Shown: positions 1 to 7,487 of the stretch, one piece after another
Layout: every line of letters begins with the position of its first letter
Numbering within the stretch: position 1 is the first letter of the stretch
Position numbers and translations under genes: made by a program
The notes under the pieces: model-generated
Told to the model about the DNA's origin: nothing
Seen by the model: only the letters and a program-made list of their open reading frames with translations
Databases searched by the model: none
Assembly (NCBI GenBank): GCA_963764625.1
Contig: CAVXTH010000006.1
Span: 640,001-704,000 of the forward strand
Direction: 5' to 3'
Length of the DNA stretch: 64,000 nucleotides
Source of the DNA: Candidatus Krumholzibacteriota bacterium
GTDB taxonomy: Bacteria; Krumholzibacteriota; Krumholzibacteriia; JAJRXK01

Positions 1-283
1 CGCCCCGACTGTTTTCGGGGTGTTTCAGTGGTATTATCGAGGGAGGAATCCAGTCGAATCCTACTGGTGGTCCAAAGTGGATACCTCTCTCGCCGATGTT
101 ACGCGCCGCCTGGATCTCCTGGATCCCGGACGCAAGTTCGCCTGGTACGTTCGCTGCCGCCCCTGGCACGATGACCCCAACGGTTGGCTGCTCGGGGCGT
201 TCGAGGAAAACTGGCGCTACCGCGCCCTGTTTCAATTGCCCGGGGTCGAGGTCTATCTCTTCGAGCGCAGAGGAGCGCACTGA
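1..283 (+). CDS. 3' end of an upstream gene (partial, function unknown; possibly a membrane glycosyltransferase tail)
   Basis: Frame is open from position 2 to TGA at 281-283, which overlaps the next ATG (TGATG); Trp/Tyr-rich C-terminus. Confidence 0.6.
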   Translation, partial: APTVFGVFQWYYRGRNPVESYWWSKVDTSLADVTRRLDLLDPGRKFAWYVRCRPWHDDPNGWLLGAFEENWRYRALFQLPGVEVYLFERRGAH

Positions 284-927
284 TGGTGGCCCGCGCTCTC
301 GGCGCCGAGTTGGCCAAGACGCACTGGTTCTATGAACCGGTCAAACGGCTCTTCGACCTCGTTGCCGCCACCCTGGGCCTGATCTTTTTCCTGCCCCAAG
401 TTCCTTTCCTCGCTCTACTGGTGAAACTGGAATCACCGGGTCCCTTTCTGTTCCGGCAGGAGCGGGTGGGCAAGGGCGGCCGGCATTTCTTCTGCTTCAA
501 GATCCGTTCGATGGTGGTCAACGCCGAGGCGCTCAAGCAGAGTTTGTCGCATCTCAACGAGGCCGACGGGGCCGCATTCAAGATCCGTCAAGATCCGCGC
601 ATCACTCGCGTGGGACAGTTCGTACGGCGTTCGTCGCTCGACGAATTCCCCCAGCTTCTCAATGTCCTGCGCGGGGAGATGTCCATCGTGGGCCCGCGCC
701 CTCAGGTTCCCGAGGAAGTGGCCCAGTACCGCCCGGAGCATCGAGCGCGTCTGGAAGTAAAACCGGGCCTCACCTGTCTCTGGCAGGTCAGCGGACGCAA
801 CGATCTCGATTTTGAGGAGTGGATGCGCATGGACCGCGAATACGTGCGGAGGCGGGGACTGAAACTGGATCTGTGGATCCTCCTGCACACCCTTCCCGCC
901 GTGATCGCGCGCAAGGGCGCGTATTGA
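283..927 (+). CDS. Initiating sugar transferase (polyprenyl-phosphate phosphoglycosyl transferase, Bac_transf family)
   Basis: Motifs KRLFDL, FKIRSM, DPRITRVG, SLDEFPQLLNVLRGEMSIVGPRP, KPGLTCLWQVSGR; AGGAG RBS at 271-275; ATG at 283. Confidence 0.93.
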   Translation: MVARALGAELAKTHWFYEPVKRLFDLVAATLGLIFFLPQVPFLALLVKLESPGPFLFRQERVGKGGRHFFCFKIRSMVVNAEALKQSLSHLNEADGAAFKIRQDPRITRVGQFVRRSSLDEFPQLLNVLRGEMSIVGPRPQVPEEVAQYRPEHRARLEVKPGLTCLWQVSGRNDLDFEEWMRMDREYVRRRGLKLDLWILLHTLPAVIARKGAY

Positions 928-975
928 GATGGTTCGAGGGCAAGTTCTGAACTCACCACCAAGGCCGTCTCCCTC

Positions 976-1893
976 ATGAGCGATGCCACTTTCGCTTCCG
1001 GACGTCTCTCGACCTGGCTGCGCTTCACGCGGCCCTTCACCCTTTGGCCCCCGGGCCTGGGAATGATCAGCGGTGGATTGACCGCCATGGGCGCCTATCC
1101 GCGCGAGAGCTTCAGCGGGGACATTCTGGTCAAGCTCGTCCTGGGCGCCGTGATGGCCGCGGTCCTCAACGCGGCCAGCAACGGGATCAATCAGATCTAC
1201 GACCTCAAAGTCGACCGGGTGAACAAGCCGGAGAGAGCGCTGGTGACCGGAGCGATGAGCGTAGGGGAGGCCAAGATCCTCTCGGCCGTTCTGTACCTCG
1301 TGGCAATGATCCTGGCGGCGCTGATCAACATCGAGTGCTTGCTCTTGGCCGCGGTCGCGGCGGTGTTGACCTGGGTGTATTCCGCGCCTCCCTTGCGCAG
1401 CAAGCGACACGGCTGGTGGGCCAACCTGACCATCGCGGTTCCCCGTGGGCTCTTGCTCAAGGTGTGCGGTTGGGCCTCGGTGAAAACCTTCATGGCCTTC
1501 GAACCGTGGTACATAGGGTCTATCTTCTTTCTCTTTCTGCTGGGAGCCTCCAGTACAAAGGATTTCGCGGATATGGAAGGAGATCGCCTGGGCGGGTGCG
1601 AAACGCTTCCTCTTCGCTACGGAGTTCATCGCGCGGCCTGGATGATCGCACCTTCCTTCGTGCTTCCGTTCATCATGCTCCCGCTGGGCACCGAGCTTGG
1701 AATTCTTACCGGCAATCCCCTTCTGCTGAATCTGTTGGGACTGGGTCTGGCGGCCTGGGGCTGTTATACGGTGTATCTTCTAGTACGGCGTCCCGATGAG
1801 CTCGCGACCACCGAGAATCATCCTTCCTGGACCCACATGTACCTCATGATGATGGCGCTGCAGGTGGGCTTCGCCATCTCGTACCTGTTCTGA
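976..1893 (+). CDS. UbiA-family prenyltransferase (homogentisate phytyltransferase/DGGGP-synthase-like subgroup)
   Basis: Asp-rich motifs NQIYDLKVDRVNKPER and KDFADMEGD, plus RFTRPFTL and YSAPPLRSKR; multiple TM helices. Confidence 0.9.
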   Translation: MSDATFASGRLSTWLRFTRPFTLWPPGLGMISGGLTAMGAYPRESFSGDILVKLVLGAVMAAVLNAASNGINQIYDLKVDRVNKPERALVTGAMSVGEAKILSAVLYLVAMILAALINIECLLLAAVAAVLTWVYSAPPLRSKRHGWWANLTIAVPRGLLLKVCGWASVKTFMAFEPWYIGSIFFLFLLGASSTKDFADMEGDRLGGCETLPLRYGVHRAAWMIAPSFVLPFIMLPLGTELGILTGNPLLLNLLGLGLAAWGCYTVYLLVRRPDELATTENHPSWTHMYLMMMALQVGFAISYLF

Positions 1894-1907
1894 ACGAGGG
1901 GAGAGTC

Positions 1908-2291
1908 GTGATCGTCGGCCTGGGAATCGACCTCTGCGAAGTGAGACGCCTGCGCGATCTGGAAGAACGCTATGGCGAGCGATTCCTGCGCCGCATCTTC
2001 ACGGACAAAGAGCGGGACCGCTGCGCGGGACGGCGCCACCACGAATGCCTCGCCGGACGGTTCGCGGCCAAAGAAGCGGCGCTGAAGGCCCTGGGCACCG
2101 GACTCTCGCAGGGCATCGCCTGGCGTGACGTCGAGTTGACGCGGGGGGAATACCAAGCTCCCACCATCCTCTTTCATCGGCGGGCCCGCGAGATCTTCGA
2201 GCGTCTGGGGGGGAAGCGGGTGCAGGTTTCGATCACGCACGACGGAGGCAACGCGGCCGCAGTCGTGATTCTCGAAGGAGAGAGCTCATGA
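1908..2291 (+). CDS. acpS: Holo-[acyl-carrier-protein] synthase (4'-phosphopantetheinyl transferase)
   Basis: Motifs GLGIDL, LAGRFAAKEAALKALGTG, VSITHD; 127 aa; GTG start. Confidence 0.95.
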   Translation: MIVGLGIDLCEVRRLRDLEERYGERFLRRIFTDKERDRCAGRRHHECLAGRFAAKEAALKALGTGLSQGIAWRDVELTRGEYQAPTILFHRRAREIFERLGGKRVQVSITHDGGNAAAVVILEGESS

Positions 2292-2959
2292 ATCGAGACT
2301 CTCTGGCTCTCCTGGTCTCGGGGGCCTGGCTGCTGGTGGTCCTGGTCATCGCCGAGCTCGCGCGGCGGAGAGGCATGGCGCGGGTGGACACGCGGCGCCT
2401 GGTTCACGTGGCCATCGCGAGCTGGATCGTTCCCACCTTCTTGCTCTACGAGAGCTGGCCGTGGGCCGCTGCGCCGGCCTTCGCCTTCGTGATCGTCAAC
2501 GCCCTGAGTCTCCGCTTCGATCTCATCAAGAGCGTGGAAATCCGCGAGCGGAGCCTGGGGACGGTATTCTTTCCCCTCAGCGTGGGCATCCTGACCATCT
2601 TGGGCTGGCACGATCCCTGGCGGCCAGTGGCCGCGGCCGGAGTGTTGAGCATGGGGTGGGGAGACGCTTCGGCCTCGTTCGTGGGCCGCCGTTGGGGTCG
2701 TCGTCTCTACCATGTCGCCGGTCACCAAAGGAGCGTGGAGGGTTCTCTGACCATGCTCGTGATCAGTTGGCTGGCTGTGCTCGTGGCGGGCGCTCTCTTG
2801 GGGAGGGGAGTCGATCCCGGTTGGGCCGAGGCGGGCCTGCTCGCGGCCCTGGTGGCCACCGTGCTCGAAGGAATCTCGTTGTTCGGCGCGGACAATCTTC
2901 TGGTGCCCCTGTCCACCTCCGCCATGCTGGCCCTCATGCACGGGAGGCTGTGGGTGTGA
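2288..2959 (+). CDS. Phytol/farnesol/dolichol kinase-like CTP-dependent membrane kinase (VTE5/FOLK-like)
   Basis: Motifs TRRLVHV, SMGWGDASASFVGRRWG, RSVEGS, DNLLVP; ATGA overlap with acpS. Confidence 0.85.
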   Translation: MNRDSLALLVSGAWLLVVLVIAELARRRGMARVDTRRLVHVAIASWIVPTFLLYESWPWAAAPAFAFVIVNALSLRFDLIKSVEIRERSLGTVFFPLSVGILTILGWHDPWRPVAAAGVLSMGWGDASASFVGRRWGRRLYHVAGHQRSVEGSLTMLVISWLAVLVAGALLGRGVDPGWAEAGLLAALVATVLEGISLFGADNLLVPLSTSAMLALMHGRLWV

Positions 2960-4005
2960 TGGAGACCTCGAATTTCGCTCCGGTGGACCGGGTGTTTCTC
3001 ACCGGGGGCACGGGCTATTTGGGCAAGCACTTGGTGCGCGAGTTTCTCGAAGCCGGCTACGAACTGCTGTTACTCACGCGCGAGAATTCCGATCGCAGCG
3101 GCCTGCCGCTAAAGGGTGTCCGCTACGTGGAAGGTGACTTGCTCGATCCTGCTAGCTACGCGCACGTGCTGGGCGAAGTGGGAGCGGTGGTGCATTCGGC
3201 CGGCCTGGTCAGCCGCTGGGAGAAGGACAAAGACCGTTTCGATCGGGTGAATGTCGAAGGCCTCGACGGATTGCTACGCGCCTGTACCCAGGCCCAGGTG
3301 GCGCGCGTGGTGTACACCTCTTCGTTCTTCGTGCTGGGTCCGGGAGAGGACGCCGCGCCGCGCGACGAGACGCAGCGCATGCCGGTCGCTGGCTTCAACG
3401 ATTACGACCGAACCAAGATTCTGGCGGAAAAATGCGTGGGCGCGCACCGACGCCAAGGACTCGACGTCATCAGTGTGCTGCCCACCGTGATCTACGGTCC
3501 CGGTGCGAGAACCCAGGGGAACCACGTGGCGGAGATTCTGGAAGATCTGCTTGCGGGAAAGCTCCCGGGCGTGATCGGAAGTGGTGCGCAGGTCTGGAAC
3601 TACGTCTTCGTGCGCGACGCCGCGCGCGGACATCGGCTGGCTCTGGAGAAGGGGGAAGCCTGCGGCGACTATCTTCTGGGAGGAGAGAACGCGAGCATGC
3701 TGGAGTTTCTGGACCTCGCAGCCGAGATCGGTGAAGTCTCTGCCCCCAAGAGAAAGGTCCCCTTCAGGGTTCTGATGGCGGTGGCGCGTCTGCAGATGTT
3801 GAGAGCTCGTCTCACCGGCAAGGCTCCCGAACTCACCAGTGGCATGGTGCGAAGTTATCAGTACGATTGGGCGTTCAATGACGCGAAGGCGCGCCGCGAG
3901 CTGGGCTACGAGGGTAGAGACCTCCACGATGGTCTCAGTGAGACCATCGGATGGTTGCGCGCGGGCGGAGTCTCTCCGTTTCGCGAACGGTGGGAATTCC
4001 AGTGA
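2959..4005 (+). CDS. NAD(P)-dependent extended SDR, HpnA/farnesol dehydrogenase (FLDH)-like
   Basis: Rossmann motif TGGTGYLG, YTSSFFVLG, catalytic YxxxK (YDRTK), YLLGGENAS, KARRELGY; ATG at 2959 overlaps the upstream TGA. Confidence 0.85.
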   Translation: METSNFAPVDRVFLTGGTGYLGKHLVREFLEAGYELLLLTRENSDRSGLPLKGVRYVEGDLLDPASYAHVLGEVGAVVHSAGLVSRWEKDKDRFDRVNVEGLDGLLRACTQAQVARVVYTSSFFVLGPGEDAAPRDETQRMPVAGFNDYDRTKILAEKCVGAHRRQGLDVISVLPTVIYGPGARTQGNHVAEILEDLLAGKLPGVIGSGAQVWNYVFVRDAARGHRLALEKGEACGDYLLGGENASMLEFLDLAAEIGEVSAPKRKVPFRVLMAVARLQMLRARLTGKAPELTSGMVRSYQYDWAFNDAKARRELGYEGRDLHDGLSETIGWLRAGGVSPFRERWEFQ

Positions 4006-4748
4006 ATGCCCTCCCCGCCTTCAGCTATGGCTTCGATTGGCACGCGCTCGCTCTCCCTCTGCTGGGGAACCTGCTGCTGGCGGTCGTGGCCTGGCGCCGA
4101 TCGCTGGTCAGCCGCAGTGGCTTTTGGGGCGGAGCGCTGTTGGGAAGCTGGATCCTGATCCTGGGCGGCGGGGGAGCCTACCTGCTCCTGTGCGCATTCT
4201 TTGTCCTGGGGACCTCCGCGACTCGGCTGGGCTATCGGCGGAAGGCGGAGCGAGGACTGGCCCAGGAGGAGCAGGGACGCCGGGGGGCCCGTCACGTGCT
4301 CGCGAATTGCGGCGTCGGGTTGCTTCTGGTCACGCTCTATCCCCGTCATTTCTCGTTCGCCCTCGGCGCGGCGTATGTTGCCTCCTTCGCCACCGCGACC
4401 GCGGACACCCTGGGCAGCGAGGTCGGTCAGTTGTGGGGCCGGCGGACCTTCGACCTCTTGCGCTTCCGCCCAGTCCCGCGCGGCAGCGAGGGCGGAGTCT
4501 CGCTGGAGGGAACCCTCGCGGGGGCGCTGGGGGCCGTGATTCTGGCGCTGCTGGGCTCCTTTCTGCGATTCTATCCACTTTCGCTGTGCTGGATTCCCGC
4601 CCTGGCCGGGGTTCTCGGAAGCGCCCTGGAGAGCCTCCTGGGGAGTTCAGCGAGGCTGCGCGCGGGACTGGACAACGAGCTGCTGAACTTTCTGAACACG
4701 GTGTTTGGCGCCATTCTGGCCTGGACCGCGCTCCAGATGCTGTATTGA
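4002..4748 (+). CDS. DUF92/TMEM19 membrane protein (VTE6 phytyl-phosphate kinase-like)
   Basis: Motifs GRRGARHVLAN, ATATADTLGSEVG, VPRGSEGGVSLEGT, ESLLGS, NELLNFLNT; GTGA overlap at 4002-4005. Confidence 0.9.
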   Translation: MNALPAFSYGFDWHALALPLLGNLLLAVVAWRRSLVSRSGFWGGALLGSWILILGGGGAYLLLCAFFVLGTSATRLGYRRKAERGLAQEEQGRRGARHVLANCGVGLLLVTLYPRHFSFALGAAYVASFATATADTLGSEVGQLWGRRTFDLLRFRPVPRGSEGGVSLEGTLAGALGAVILALLGSFLRFYPLSLCWIPALAGVLGSALESLLGSSARLRAGLDNELLNFLNTVFGAILAWTALQMLY

Positions 4749-4770
4749 GGCATCCCGGCCGGCGGTTTGC

Positions 4771-4799
4771 TTGAGTTTTCCCCAAGGGAATGCTAGACT
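4771..4799 (+). promoter_or_regulatory. Sigma70-type promoter upstream of the wza operon
   Basis: TTGAGT (4771-4776), 17-bp spacer, TAGACT (4794-4799) with extended TG. Confidence 0.55.
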
Positions 4800-5145
4800 T
4801 GAACTTCGATCAAAGAGGGATCCGCGGCCGGTCCTACGCCAGACCCGCGTCGACTTCCGATCTCTCACATAGGAACGCAACTTTGCTTCCGCACCAAAGG
4901 AGTGCCCGTAGAGCTTGGTTAACGCGGTTCCCTCGTCGTGGGGAACGTTGACATCCGGGGGGGACGTAGCTAGCTACCGAAGGCAGGAATCCGTGAGGAG
5001 AATCTGCGCGGTCTGGTAGAACCCTTGGTGAGAGCTCCAGGTGCACGGTCTCAACGATCGTAAACCCGCTGTCATCTCGCTGAACTTTTGCCTCTTCAAG
5101 GCGAACCCTCGTGCCATGGTTGGGGCGGGGGAGGAGTGTAGTGTC

Positions 5146-5961
5146 ATGTCCCTCGAGGTTTACTCCGCGAAACGCTCGCTTCTCAGGCTCTGGCCGGTAC
5201 TCTTGCTATTCGGTTTGGGCGCCTGCGGTTCGAGTGCCTACACCGACGTCGATCTCCAGAAGGATCTCGACGTTCCCAGTGCGAGTCATCTGAGTCCGGA
5301 GGCTCAGACCTTCGCGGCCGCGCCGGATACCATGCAAGTGCCGCCGGTCTACCGCATCGGCAGCGGCGATGTGCTCGAAGTGGTCTTCTTCACCCATCCG
5401 GACCAGAACCGCTTCGTGACGGTACGGCCGGACGGGCGGATCACGCTGCCCTACGTGGGCGATTTGATGGCGCGGGGGAAGGAGCCCACGAAGCTTGCGA
5501 GCGAGATCCAGAACGACTACTCGAGAGTGCTGGTCGATCCCAAAGTCGATATCCTGGTGAACAAGATCGGCGGGAAGTACTACGTGCTGGGGGAAGTGAA
5601 GAACGCGAACGAGTTCAGTTACGAGCGGCCTCTCACTCTTCTACAGGCTATTGCCGGTGCTGGTGGGTACAGTAACGACGCACGGCTCTCCAATTTCGTT
5701 CTGATTCGGGTCGACGGGAAAGGCGGACGTTTCGCTGCTGTCTTCAACATGCGCGAGTACATGAGCCAACGAAAAAAACGAGGGGACATCTACATCCAGC
5801 CGGATGACATCGTCTGGGTGCCCAAGGACAACATCAGCCGCTGGGACAATGCAGCCCGAAAGTTGTTTGGCACCGTCGTGCACGCAGAGGATATGGTCTA
5901 CAAGGGGCTGCAGATAGTCAAATTCGACGAGGTCTACCCGGGCAGATATTACGCTCCTTGA
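5146..5961 (+). CDS. wza: Polysaccharide export outer-membrane lipoprotein (Wza/Poly_export + SLBB)
   Basis: Lipobox LGAC; motifs YRIGSGDVLEV, VRPDGRITLPYVG, YVLGEV, IQPDDIVWVP; GAGGAG RBS at 5131-5136. Confidence 0.9.
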   Translation: MSLEVYSAKRSLLRLWPVLLLFGLGACGSSAYTDVDLQKDLDVPSASHLSPEAQTFAAAPDTMQVPPVYRIGSGDVLEVVFFTHPDQNRFVTVRPDGRITLPYVGDLMARGKEPTKLASEIQNDYSRVLVDPKVDILVNKIGGKYYVLGEVKNANEFSYERPLTLLQAIAGAGGYSNDARLSNFVLIRVDGKGGRFAAVFNMREYMSQRKKRGDIYIQPDDIVWVPKDNISRWDNAARKLFGTVVHAEDMVYKGLQIVKFDEVYPGRYYAP

Positions 5962-5991
5962 GATCGCAACGCCGATTGGGAGAAGGAAGCC

Positions 5992-7437
5992 ATGTCAGGA
6001 CTCTACAGCCAAGGACCGGTACAGGGGGAGCGCGATACCACGATGCGCGACCTTCTGTCGGTCGTGTTCAAGCGCAAGTGGCTCATCATCATCTTTTTCC
6101 TGGGAACCTCGGTCCTGGTGGCCCTGAAGGTGGTCACCACTCCGGAGACCTGGTCGGCCGACGCCACCCTCATGTTACAGCGGCAGGGACGAACTAGTGT
6201 GATGGAGAACAGTTCCAGGGCCTTGCCTTGGGTGGAGGTGATGGAGTCGGAGGTCGAAATCGCCCGCAGTGTCCCGGTGCTGCAATTGGCGCGCGCCAAA
6301 CTCAAGGAACCCACGAAGGACTTTCCCGAGGGTATCGATCTGAGCATGGGCGCTCTGGGCGCACAAATCAAATCGGGAGGCGTCGGAGAGTCAAACGTGG
6401 TGTACATCACAAGCATCGGCGATCAGCCCAAGAGAGCCATCCGCATAGCCAACAAGGTTGCTGAAGCCTATGTCGAATACCATAAGAAGATGTTCGCGCT
6501 TCCCGATGCGGCAAGCGCAGTCAAGGCGCAGACGGATTCGACTCTCAAGGCTCTATCGGACTTGCAGAATGAGCGGCAGCGAATCTTGAATGAGGCGGGG
6601 TTCACCGATCTCAAAGCCGAAGAGACGAATCTCCACTCGTTGCGGCGCGAACAGCGCAGCAACCTCAGTCAGGCGGAACTGGAGATAAGTACTCTTCGTG
6701 AACAGGTAGCGGCCATACCAAAGGATGTTAATGGAATTGGCAGCGATCTTCCTTTCAATATACCGAGAGGATACGCGCAGCAGGAACTCATGATGAATGC
6801 GGTAGAAAGATACCGTAGGAGTCAACATGATCTTGAGGAACTGAAATCTCAGTATACGGAAGAGCATCCCAAGGTCAAATCCGCGGAACTCGAACTCCAA
6901 GAGCGTCGCAAGGCTCTGGAGAGTTCTATCCAGCAATTAGTTTCGCTCAAGACTGAGGAACTCAAGATCGCGGAGGCCAAGCGCGATGGAATTATGCACC
7001 AGATTCAGAAGATCGACGCGCAGCTGGCCAGGATGCCCGATTTTAATCGCAAGGTGAGCTTCCTCGATACCCAAATCGACAGCGCCGAGAAGCAGTACGC
7101 CAAGCTGAACTCGAAGTACGTGGACACCCAGCTGAGCCAGGTGAGCTACCAGGACTACGGCGTTTCGCTGCTCTCTCCGGCGGTGTCCGCCTACAAGAAC
7201 ACCCGCGGCGATCTGGTCCGCATGGCCCTGGCGCCCCTCCTGAGTCTGTTGGCCGGCATCGGTCTGGCCTTCTATCTGGAAAATCTGGATCACTCGATGA
7301 AGACGCGCGAGGACGTGGAGCATCATCTCGAGATTCCCGTCCTGGCCAGTTTCCCCGACGTGGACGAGGGGGAATCGGATCTCGAGCCCCGGACGAGGCG
7401 AACCCCCTTCTGGAAAGGCCGCCGGGGCGGCCGCTGA
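5992..7437 (+). CDS. Polysaccharide co-polymerase/chain-length determinant (Wzc N-terminal/GumC-like)
   Basis: Two TM segments flank a coiled coil; motifs YTEEHPKV and ENLDHSMKTREDVEHHLEIPVLAS. Confidence 0.9.
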   Translation: MSGLYSQGPVQGERDTTMRDLLSVVFKRKWLIIIFFLGTSVLVALKVVTTPETWSADATLMLQRQGRTSVMENSSRALPWVEVMESEVEIARSVPVLQLARAKLKEPTKDFPEGIDLSMGALGAQIKSGGVGESNVVYITSIGDQPKRAIRIANKVAEAYVEYHKKMFALPDAASAVKAQTDSTLKALSDLQNERQRILNEAGFTDLKAEETNLHSLRREQRSNLSQAELEISTLREQVAAIPKDVNGIGSDLPFNIPRGYAQQELMMNAVERYRRSQHDLEELKSQYTEEHPKVKSAELELQERRKALESSIQQLVSLKTEELKIAEAKRDGIMHQIQKIDAQLARMPDFNRKVSFLDTQIDSAEKQYAKLNSKYVDTQLSQVSYQDYGVSLLSPAVSAYKNTRGDLVRMALAPLLSLLAGIGLAFYLENLDHSMKTREDVEHHLEIPVLASFPDVDEGESDLEPRTRRTPFWKGRRGGR

Positions 7438-7487
7438 ACCGAGCACGCGATTTGGCCGGGGAAGTACCGGCCCGGGAACGGTAGACG

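Noticed and set aside
433-1629. 398-aa minus-strand ORF
   Set aside because: It overlaps two well-supported plus-strand genes and has no motifs.
4860-4990. Possible c-di-GMP-I (GEMM) riboswitch, because GGGACG and TAGC...TACCGAAG resemble parts of the motif
   Set aside because: The GCAAA element, the GNRA-capped P1 and the P2 stem are not in the right order or spacing; an Rfam search would be needed.
7454-7472. Hairpin GGCCGG-N7-CCGGCC as an intrinsic terminator after the co-polymerase gene
   Set aside because: No U-tract follows on the plus strand, and the next gene starts 15 bp later.
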